From assembly GCA_965662175.1 (NCBI GenBank), contig CBFIGT010000005.1, positions 1 through 57,252 on the forward strand: a stretch of DNA of 57,252 nucleotides, written 5' to 3'. The notes below the pieces were generated by a model. The model had not been told where the DNA came from. It did not search any database and saw nothing but the letters and a program-made list of their open reading frames with translations. Every line of letters begins with the position of its first letter. The first letter of the stretch is position 1. Below are positions 17,767 through 25,490 of the stretch, piece by piece. The position numbers and the translations under genes are program-made. This stretch comes from Arcobacter sp. (GTDB lineage: Bacteria; Campylobacterota; Campylobacteria; Campylobacterales; Arcobacteraceae).

Positions 17767-18461
17767 ACTATTCCTTCTAATATTTTGGGAAAAGTTTCCA
17801 AAATATGGTTTTTTATTTCATCTATTTTTTTAAGATTTGATTCTTGATTATTGTTATTTTCAAAATCTAATATCTTTTTTGTGGGATTAGCACTTAAAAA
17901 AATCATTCGATTTGATAAATGAACAGCTTCACTTAAATCATGAGTTACTAAAATAACTGTTGGTTTAAACTTTTTATAAAATGCTAAAAACTCTTTTTTT
18001 AAAGCCATTGAGGTAGGGAAATCTAAAGAAATAAAAGGCTCATCAAGTAGTATGATTTTGGGTCTATTTACAAAAGCCCGAAGTAAAGCCACTCTTCTTT
18101 TCATGCCACCTGAAAGTCTGTTTGGATAAAGATTTAAAATATTTTCTAAACCTATCATAGAGATTAAATCATCAATTTCACTCACATTTTTTGTTTTTGA
18201 AACCAATAAAAGATTCTCTTTTACTGTCAACCAAGGTAATAATCTATCATCTTGAAACATAAAAGAGATATTTGAAAAATCACCTTTTAAACTCCCTTTA
18301 TAATCCTCTTCAAGATTTGCAATAATATTTAATAATGTAGTTTTTCCACATCCTGAGGGTCCAATTATAGAAAGAAATTCTCCCTCATTTATAGCTATAT
18401 TTATATTTTTCAATACTACTTTTTTTGAAAAAAGTTTTTCATCAACACAGATATTTAACAT
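17763..18461 (-). CDS. NitT/TauT-family ABC ATP-binding protein
   Basis: GPSGCGKT, FQDDRLLPW, LSGGMKRR, LDEPF, VTHD. Confidence 0.9.
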   Translation of the reverse strand: MLNICVDEKLFSKKVVLKNINIAINEGEFLSIIGPSGCGKTTLLNIIANLEEDYKGSLKGDFSNISFMFQDDRLLPWLTVKENLLLVSKTKNVSEIDDLISMIGLENILNLYPNRLSGGMKRRVALLRAFVNRPKIILLDEPFISLDFPTSMALKKEFLAFYKKFKPTVILVTHDLSEAVHLSNRMIFLSANPTKKILDFENNNNQESNLKKIDEIKNHILETFPKILEGIV

Positions 18462-18462
18462 C

Positions 18463-19197
18463 TTATTTCCAAGCTTTTAATCTATTATCAATAGGTTTTA
18501 AAATCTTATGTTCAATTAGTAAAATAACAAATATAAAAGCAAAAGAGTAAGCTAAAATAGAACTAATATCAAAAAACTGATAATACATAGATATTTGAAA
18601 ACCAATACCATCACTTCGCCCTAATAACTCAACAACTAAAACAATTTTCCAAATTAAAGATAATGATAATCTTGTTGTTGCCATCAAATATGGATAGAGT
18701 TGGGGAAGATAGATATTAAATATTATCTCTTTTTTTGATAACTTATAAACCTTTGCAAAATCCATATATTTTTTTTCAAAAGCTCGTGTTCCTTCTCTTA
18801 TATTTGTAACTATTATTGGAACTTTATTTATAACTACGGCTAAAATCGCAGCAAAATCACTAAGTCCAAACCAAATATAGCAAACTATTATTGTAACAAG
18901 GGCTGGAATATTTAAAAATAAAATTAACAAAAAATCAAGCATCTCATCTATTTTTTGATAAAAGCCCATAGCTATTCCTATAATTACACCTATTATCATA
19001 GTTATAAAAAAAGCTACAAAGACTCTATATAAAGTTATAAATAGATGGGAAAACAACTCTTTATTTGCTATTTGTTGACTAAGATTTTTTAATACATCAA
19101 TTACACTTGGAAATAGTTCTGAGTTAACAGCTATGGAAGAGGCTTGCCAAACTATAACAACTAGCAAAATTGATAAAATTCCCCTTTGATTTTTCAT
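18463..19197 (-). CDS. NitT/TauT-family ABC permease
   Basis: Multiple TM segments; WKIVLVVELLGRSDGIG. Confidence 0.88.
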   Translation of the reverse strand: MKNQRGILSILLVVIVWQASSIAVNSELFPSVIDVLKNLSQQIANKELFSHLFITLYRVFVAFFITMIIGVIIGIAMGFYQKIDEMLDFLLILFLNIPALVTIIVCYIWFGLSDFAAILAVVINKVPIIVTNIREGTRAFEKKYMDFAKVYKLSKKEIIFNIYLPQLYPYLMATTRLSLSLIWKIVLVVELLGRSDGIGFQISMYYQFFDISSILAYSFAFIFVILLIEHKILKPIDNRLKAWK

Positions 19198-20153
19198 TTA
19201 TTTTCCAAATAAAAAATATCTCTACTAAAAGAGATATTTGAGCTAATATAAGAGGCCCCTGCTTCATTTGATAAAATTTTATAAATCTTTTCTAATTCAT
19301 CTATATCTTTTTCATCAAATTTATTTATAGTTCCTTTTTTATACTGCTGTTTTAGTGAATTAAAAATCTCTTCATTTTTTACTTTCATTAAAGCTCTGAT
19401 TTTATTCCACTCCTTATCACTACTATTCAAAAACTCCTTACTTTGAGTATTTGCTTTTAAAAAGCTATTTAATAACTCACTCTTTTTAGTTGCAAACTCC
19501 TTAGAAAATACCCAACCTACAAAACTAATATCCTCTTTTACTCCAAGCTCTTTTAAAATATCTTCAATATTAATAAGTGCTTTAAAATCTTTTTTTGGAA
19601 GTTTTGCATTAAAATGCCAGAAATTTATACTTGCATTTAGTGAATTATCAAGCATCTTTTTATATAAGATTGGAGGTGAAGCAAAAACCTTTTTCACATC
19701 ATTTTGAAGCTCTTTTCCATAGGTTTTTTTATAATAAGCCCTAAACAAAAGCCAAGTTTTATCATAAACTCCACCTGCAATTCCTAGCTCTTTATCTTTT
19801 AACTCTTCTAAACTATTGATATTGGAATTTTTATTTATCATAAGTGTTCCAAGTGCTTTTGAATAGGGATAAAACATAAACTCTTTTTTATTTGCTTTTT
19901 GTTTATTAACCCAAATCCAATCATTTACTATAATATCAACTTCATTTGCTTGTAGTGAAATTAATTGGGCATTTTTTGAAGCTAATTTTACAAGCTCTAA
20001 ATCAAAGCCGTTTTTTTTATCTAAGCCATTTTGTTTTAAAATTTCTAATCCCCAATTAACAGTTCCATAGGCTAAAACACCAACTCTTAATTTTTCATTG
20101 GCATTTAAATTTATCAAAATAAATAAAAAACAAAACACTAGTTTATAAAACAT
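19194..20153 (-). CDS. NitT/TauT-family ABC substrate-binding protein
   Basis: Signal peptide; GVLAYGTVNW, DIIVNDWIWV, PYSKALG, IAGGVYDKTW, NFWHF. Confidence 0.85.
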   Translation of the reverse strand: MFYKLVFCFLFILINLNANEKLRVGVLAYGTVNWGLEILKQNGLDKKNGFDLELVKLASKNAQLISLQANEVDIIVNDWIWVNKQKANKKEFMFYPYSKALGTLMINKNSNINSLEELKDKELGIAGGVYDKTWLLFRAYYKKTYGKELQNDVKKVFASPPILYKKMLDNSLNASINFWHFNAKLPKKDFKALINIEDILKELGVKEDISFVGWVFSKEFATKKSELLNSFLKANTQSKEFLNSSDKEWNKIRALMKVKNEEIFNSLKQQYKKGTINKFDEKDIDELEKIYKILSNEAGASYISSNISFSRDIFYLENK

Positions 20154-20183
20154 AAATCACTCCAAATATCAAATAATGCACTT

Positions 20184-20215
20184 ATTGTATATGATATTTA
20201 TAGCTTGAGTTTAGC
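20184..20215 (-). promoter_or_regulatory. Regulon box plus -10 for the NitT/TauT ABC-DUF411 operon
   Basis: Minus strand GCTAAA-ctcaa-GCTATA-aatatcata-TACAAT. Confidence 0.8.
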
Positions 20216-20236
20216 GTTAAAAATATTTATTTTGGC

Positions 20237-20268
20237 GCTATAATCAGGCTATAAAATATCTGTATAGT
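20237..20268 (+). promoter_or_regulatory. Regulon box plus -10 for the cytochrome c550 operon
   Basis: GCTATA-atcag-GCTATA-aaatatctg-TATAGT. Confidence 0.78.
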
Positions 20269-20301
20269 TTCATCAACAAAAAAAATAATAAAGGAATTTG
20301 T

Positions 20302-20712
20302 ATGAACAAAATACAAAAAATAGCTTTAGCAACACTTTTTTCAACTGTGTTTGCATTTGGTCATGGAAGTGTTACACCTCAAGCAATTGATACAAAAGAT
20401 TTAAAACCTTTAGGTGAAGAGTGGTTAGAAGAAAATCCTTATAAAGGTGATGAAAAAGCTATTGCAATTGGAAAATATGCATATAGTGAAAATTGTGCTA
20501 GATGTCATGGATTAGATGCAATATCAGGTGGAATCGCTCCTGATTTAAGATACTTAGAAGATGGAATTGATGGCGATGAGTGGTATATGGAAAGAATTAG
20601 AGGTGGAGCTGTTAGAAATGGTAATGTTTATATGCCACCATTTGAGGGTGTTTTAAATCAAGAAGCTATGTGGGCTATTAGAGCTTATTTAATCACTTTA
20701 CCAAAAGATTAA
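20302..20712 (+). CDS. pedF: Cytochrome c550, electron acceptor of the PQQ-ADH (PedF/ExaB)
   Basis: Signal peptide, HGSVTPQAIDT, NCARCHGL..ISGGIAPDLR, G.VYMPPF. Confidence 0.9.
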   Translation: MNKIQKIALATLFSTVFAFGHGSVTPQAIDTKDLKPLGEEWLEENPYKGDEKAIAIGKYAYSENCARCHGLDAISGGIAPDLRYLEDGIDGDEWYMERIRGGAVRNGNVYMPPFEGVLNQEAMWAIRAYLITLPKD

Positions 20713-20714
20713 TT

Positions 20715-21581
20715 ATGAACATTCTTAAATCTACTATCTTAATCTTAGTTATTACTCTATCTTCATATGCAAGAAGTATTGAAGATATTAAAAGTAGTGG
20801 TGAAATAATCATTGCTGTTTATGAAGATTTTCCTCCATACTCATTTATTGAAAATGGTGTTGTAAAAGGTATAGATATAGATTTAGGAAAAAAAGTTGCA
20901 AAATCTTTAAATGTAGAACCAATATGGTACTTTACAGGCTCAGATGAAACACTTGCAGATGATTTAAGAAATGTAATTTGGAAAGGAAATCTAATACATA
21001 AAACAAAAGCTGATATTATGTTTAGAGTTCCTTATGATTACGATTATATGAGAATGACAGATATTTCAACAGGTGAGTTAGAAACAGAAATGGTTTCAAT
21101 AAAAGGACCATATCAAAGTGAAAGTTGGGTTATTGCTACAAATAAAAATAAAATACCTGAAATAAACACTTTGGCTGTTTTTGCTTATCATGATATTGGT
21201 GTTGAAATAGATACTCTACCTGACCTTCATCTAAGTGGTTTTGCTAGAGGTTTAATTAGAGATAAAATTAAACACTATACTAACTTTAGAAAAGCAGTTG
21301 CTGATTTTAAAGCTGGAAGAATAGATGCCCTTGCAGGTTTAAAATCACAATTAGAGTATCTTCTTGAGTACCAAAAAAACAAAGATAAGTATTACATCAG
21401 TGATGGAATACCACAAATGAAATCAAAGTGGGATTTAGCAAGCGCAACTTCAAGTAGCTATAGAGCCCTTAGTTATCATATTGATGGAGTTATTCAAGAA
21501 GCCTATGAAAATAAAGAGATTGAAAAAATCTTCAATAAATATGGTGTTGAATATATGCCACCAATAGCAAGGACCCAATAA
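20715..21581 (+). CDS. Periplasmic binding protein family 3, quinoprotein-associated (PedG/MxaJ-like)
   Basis: VYEDFPPYSF, GIDIDLG, ETLADDLRN.IWKG, ADIMFRVPYD; follows c550. Confidence 0.8.
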   Translation: MNILKSTILILVITLSSYARSIEDIKSSGEIIIAVYEDFPPYSFIENGVVKGIDIDLGKKVAKSLNVEPIWYFTGSDETLADDLRNVIWKGNLIHKTKADIMFRVPYDYDYMRMTDISTGELETEMVSIKGPYQSESWVIATNKNKIPEINTLAVFAYHDIGVEIDTLPDLHLSGFARGLIRDKIKHYTNFRKAVADFKAGRIDALAGLKSQLEYLLEYQKNKDKYYISDGIPQMKSKWDLASATSSSYRALSYHIDGVIQEAYENKEIEKIFNKYGVEYMPPIARTQ

Positions 21582-21599
21582 AAATTATAAGGATTTATC

Positions 21600-22340
21600 A
21601 TGAAAGATATATTTTTCGCCCTAGTACTAATCATCTCTTCGCAAAGTTTATTTGCGAAGAATCCCATAGGTTCCCCAACTTTTGATGATATTATAAACAG
21701 CCTTTTAGGAAGTGAAAAATATATCTTTGATGATAAAAATATAGTTTTAAAAGTTCCAAATTTTGCTGATAATCCAGTTCAAGTTCCAATTTTCATGGAT
21801 GCTAAAAAAATCAAAGATGCAAAAAGAGTTATCCTTTTTGCTGATTTAAATCCAATACCTGTTTTACTTGATATGAAACTAAATGGCTTACTTCCAATTA
21901 TCTCACTTAATATGAAAGTTGCCCAAGAAACACCGCTTCGGGCCTTAGTTCAAGATAATAAAAATCTTTGGCATATAGGAAGTGCAAATATAAAAAGTTT
22001 TGGTGGAGGTTGTGCTGTTTCAAGTGATGCTTCTAGCAATACAGATTTTGATAAATACCTAGGAAAAGTAAAAGGTAATATCTTTAAAAAAGATGATATT
22101 GTTAGAATAAAAACCTCAATTTTTCACCCAATGGAGACAGGTTTAGTTTTTGGAAATAGTGAATTTTATATCAATAAAATCTCTATTTTTGCACAAAATG
22201 AACAAATAGGTGAATTATCAACTTATTCAGCAATAAGTGAAAATCCAAGATTTATCTTTGAGACTACAAAAATAGCAAATAACTATAAAATAAAGTTTTT
22301 TGATATAGATGCAAATGAGTTTTCTCTGGATTTAAAATGA
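21600..22340 (+). CDS. Quinoprotein dehydrogenase-associated fused SoxYZ-like carrier
   Basis: Signal peptide; FADNPVQVP, FADLNPIP, GGGCA swinging-arm motif, SoxZ-like FHPMETGL and ISENP. Confidence 0.82.
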   Translation: MKDIFFALVLIISSQSLFAKNPIGSPTFDDIINSLLGSEKYIFDDKNIVLKVPNFADNPVQVPIFMDAKKIKDAKRVILFADLNPIPVLLDMKLNGLLPIISLNMKVAQETPLRALVQDNKNLWHIGSANIKSFGGGCAVSSDASSNTDFDKYLGKVKGNIFKKDDIVRIKTSIFHPMETGLVFGNSEFYINKISIFAQNEQIGELSTYSAISENPRFIFETTKIANNYKIKFFDIDANEFSLDLK

Positions 22341-23239
22341 AAAAATTAACGATTATCCTACTCTTTTTTAACTTTTTATTTGCAAATGAGTTTGATTATC
22401 AACTCAAAGCCATAAATATAGCGAAAAATAGCTACTATTTTTATGGTAAAGAGGAGTATTTCTCAGCTCAAAATGGAGGAGATATAGCAAATAGTGCTTT
22501 TATTATCACAAAAAAAAGCGTTATTTTAATAGATACAGGAAGCTCTTATCAATATGGAAATCAAATAAAAAAACAGATATCAAAAATCACAAACAATCCA
22601 ATAAAATATATAATCAACACCCACCATCACCCTGATCATTTTTTAGGAAATAATGCCTTTGAAAAAAGTGATATTTATGCTTCAAAATTCACCCAAGATG
22701 AGATAAGTAAAAATGGTGAACTTTATATAATGAATCTAAATAATTTAGTTCAAAAAGCTATGCAAGGAACAAAAATAAAAGCTCCAAATATGCACCTAAA
22801 AACAAAAGAGTTAAATATAGATGATTATATTTTAGAGATTTTATATTTTGATGGACATACCTCAAGTGATGTGGCTATTTATGATAAACAAACAAAAGTA
22901 CTCTATAGTTCTGATTTGATTTTTAATAAAAGAGCCTTAGCCACACCCCATGCAAACTTAGAAAAATGGATAAAATCACTTGAAGAGTTAAAAAAAATAG
23001 ATTTTAAAGTTTTAGTTCCAGGTCATGGGAAAATAGCAAAATCTAAAAAAGTAATAGATGAAAATATAGCTTATTTGAAATATCTTCATAATACATTTAA
23101 AAATAGTGCAAATAGTGGTTTGGATATTTTTGAAGTATTAGAGATAAAAGTTCCAAAAGAGTTCAAAGATTATTCTATGTTTGAAGAGGAGTTTGAAAGA
23201 AGTGTAATTAATCTTTATCCTAAATATGAAAAAAGATAA
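22337..23239 (+). CDS. Quinoprotein relay system zinc metallohydrolase (MBL fold, SoxH-like)
   Basis: Signal peptide; NGGDIANSAF, IDTG, THHHPDHFLGN, GHT, VPGHG. Confidence 0.85.
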   Translation: MKKLTIILLFFNFLFANEFDYQLKAINIAKNSYYFYGKEEYFSAQNGGDIANSAFIITKKSVILIDTGSSYQYGNQIKKQISKITNNPIKYIINTHHHPDHFLGNNAFEKSDIYASKFTQDEISKNGELYIMNLNNLVQKAMQGTKIKAPNMHLKTKELNIDDYILEILYFDGHTSSDVAIYDKQTKVLYSSDLIFNKRALATPHANLEKWIKSLEELKKIDFKVLVPGHGKIAKSKKVIDENIAYLKYLHNTFKNSANSGLDIFEVLEIKVPKEFKDYSMFEEEFERSVINLYPKYEKR

Positions 23240-23281
23240 AATTTTGTTAAGATTATAAAAACTTTTCAAAGGTCAAAAAAA

Positions 23282-23761
23282 TTGCAAAAAGATTTAATCA
23301 CAGAGTTTGGTTATCAAAAAATAGTAAAAGAGTTTAAACAACTTGCCCAAAAAGAAAAACCCCATTGGGTAAAAGAGAAAGAGATAGCAGCACAACATGG
23401 TGATAGAAGTGAAAATGCCGAATATATAAGTGCTAAAGAGATGATTAGAAATATAGACAAAAGATTAAGATTTTTGGAAAAAATCATCAATAACTCAGAA
23501 GTTATTGATACAAAAAAACTAGCTCACAAAAGAGTAAATTTTGGCTCAGAAATCAAACTACTTGAGCTAAATAGTGAAGAGATAAAAACCTATACTATTG
23601 TTGGTACCTTTGAAACAAATCCAAGTGAAAATAAAATATCAAATAAATCCCCACTTGGAAAAGCTCTTTTAGGAAAAGAGCTAAACGAAGAGTTTGAATT
23701 CTCTATAAATAATCAAACTTTTGAGTATGAAATTATCTCAATTAAGATGCACGATTTTTAA
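23282..23761 (+). CDS. GreA/GreB-family transcription elongation factor
   Basis: AAQHGDRSENAEY, ISNKSPLGKALLGK; TTG start. Confidence 0.9.
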   Translation: MQKDLITEFGYQKIVKEFKQLAQKEKPHWVKEKEIAAQHGDRSENAEYISAKEMIRNIDKRLRFLEKIINNSEVIDTKKLAHKRVNFGSEIKLLELNSEEIKTYTIVGTFETNPSENKISNKSPLGKALLGKELNEEFEFSINNQTFEYEIISIKMHDF

Positions 23762-25157
23762 TAAAATCTAAGATAAGTCTAACTCCAGCACCTGTTCCTC
23801 CATAGGAGTTATATCCCCAAGCTTTTTCTCTATAAGCAGCACCTGCTATATCAAAATGAAGCCATTTTTTCTTATTCTCTTTTTTTATAAAATTATCTAA
23901 AAAAAGTGCGGCTGTAATAGCTCCTCCCATTCTAGAACTAGCACTATTAGTAATATCAGCAATACCGCTTTTTATCATATCAGGCAGATATCTATTAAAT
24001 GGTAAAAATCCAAGCAACTCACCTGAGCTTTTTGAAGATTTACCTATTTTTGCTTTTAGCTTTTCATTATGTCCCATTACACCTGTTGTAAACTCACCAA
24101 GTGCTACAATACAAGCTCCTGTCAAAGTTGCCATATCAAAAATATAATCAATATCTTTTATCTCATCTTGAGCATAACATAAACAATCAGCAAGTACTAA
24201 TCTTCCTTCCGCATCTGTATTTCTAACCTCAATAGTAACTTTATTACGAGCAACTAAAACATCATCAGGTTTATAAGCATCTCCACCAATCATATTTTCA
24301 ACAGCCCCAATAATTCCATGAACTTCATACTCACAAGATAAATCTTTTAAACTATTCATTATCCCTAAAACAGCACTTCCACCACTTTTATCACACTTCA
24401 TAGAGACCATTCCCTCACCTGATTTTAAACTCAAACCACCACTATCATAAGTTAAACCTTTTCCTACAATAACTATTTTACCTTTTGAATCTTTGGGTTT
24501 ATATTTTAAATGTATCAATTGACTTTCATGTCTTGAAGCACGACCAACTGCAAGCATCGCATTCATTGCATTCTCTTTTAGGTAATCTTCTCCATAAACT
24601 TCACACTCTAAACCATTTTTAGAGGCTATTTCTTGAGCTTTTAAAGCCATAACTTTTGGATAGAAATCTTCAGGAGTTGTGTTTATTATATCCCTTGTCA
24701 TATTTACACTATTACAAATAGTTTTTGTATTAAAAAGAGTTTGTTCTAGCTCTTTTTTATCTTTTTTACTATTTTTACAATCTAAGAAAATATTTAAATT
24801 AGATTTTTCTTTTTTTGATTTATATTTTGTAAAACTATATGAACCTAATATAAGTCCCTCAACAATCTCATTTAAAGCTAACTCTTTTTTACCTTGAATC
24901 AATGATATTTTTATATTTTTATATTTTGTTTTATTTAATACTTGAATAGCCCCAGCACAAGCTATTTTCAAATCCTCACCTTTTAGTTTTGAAGCCCCAA
25001 CATATAGTGTTTTAGCTAAAAACATAGTTTCACCAGCTTTTCCACTAAATCCACTATTTTCTAAAAACTCTTTATGCTCTTTTGGGCAATTTTTTAGATT
25101 TTTAACTAGTAAAAGTTCCACATCAAAATCTTTTATATTTTTTAATTCTATATTCAT
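23742..25157 (-). CDS. pepA: Leucyl aminopeptidase (M17)
   Basis: VGKGLTYDSGGLSLK, MKCDKSG, NTDAEGRLVLAD, HFDIAG. Confidence 0.95.
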   Translation of the reverse strand: MNIELKNIKDFDVELLLVKNLKNCPKEHKEFLENSGFSGKAGETMFLAKTLYVGASKLKGEDLKIACAGAIQVLNKTKYKNIKISLIQGKKELALNEIVEGLILGSYSFTKYKSKKEKSNLNIFLDCKNSKKDKKELEQTLFNTKTICNSVNMTRDIINTTPEDFYPKVMALKAQEIASKNGLECEVYGEDYLKENAMNAMLAVGRASRHESQLIHLKYKPKDSKGKIVIVGKGLTYDSGGLSLKSGEGMVSMKCDKSGGSAVLGIMNSLKDLSCEYEVHGIIGAVENMIGGDAYKPDDVLVARNKVTIEVRNTDAEGRLVLADCLCYAQDEIKDIDYIFDMATLTGACIVALGEFTTGVMGHNEKLKAKIGKSSKSSGELLGFLPFNRYLPDMIKSGIADITNSASSRMGGAITAALFLDNFIKKENKKKWLHFDIAGAAYREKAWGYNSYGGTGAGVRLILDFIKNRAS

Positions 25158-25288
25158 ATTTTTTTATCCTTTTTTGATAATTATTAACTATTTATTGTAG
25201 CAAAATTAGTTAATTTTGCCCTTTGACATAAAATAAAGATAATTTTGCTAAAATCTAATTTATAAAAAATCAACCTGACGAGGTAACT

Positions 25289-25489
25289 ATGCAACTAATA
25301 ATAAATGGCGAAGAAAAAAGATTTGAGGAGGGTATCTCTTTACAAGAGATAATCACTACTTTAAAAATAGAAGACAAAGTTATGGCAGCAGCTGTTAATA
25401 TGGATATTGTAAAAAAAGAGAACTGGAAAGATTATAGACCTGTAAATGATGATAAACTTGAATTACTACAGTTTGTAGGCGGAGGTTGA
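25289..25489 (+). CDS. thiS: Sulfur carrier protein ThiS
   Basis: 66 aa, IINGE...AVN...LELLQFVGGG C-terminus. Confidence 0.9.
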   Translation: MQLIINGEEKRFEEGISLQEIITTLKIEDKVMAAAVNMDIVKKENWKDYRPVNDDKLELLQFVGGG

Positions 25490-25490
25490 T

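Noticed and set aside
21600..23239. Sox sulfur-oxidation genes
   Set aside because: Fused YZ with an internal GGC, no soxABXCD, and located in the c550 operon under the alcohol-regulon box.
25158..25288. TPP riboswitch upstream of thiS
   Set aside because: No CUGAGA or ACCUG...GGGA core arrangement; the region is short, AT-rich and holds divergent -10 elements.
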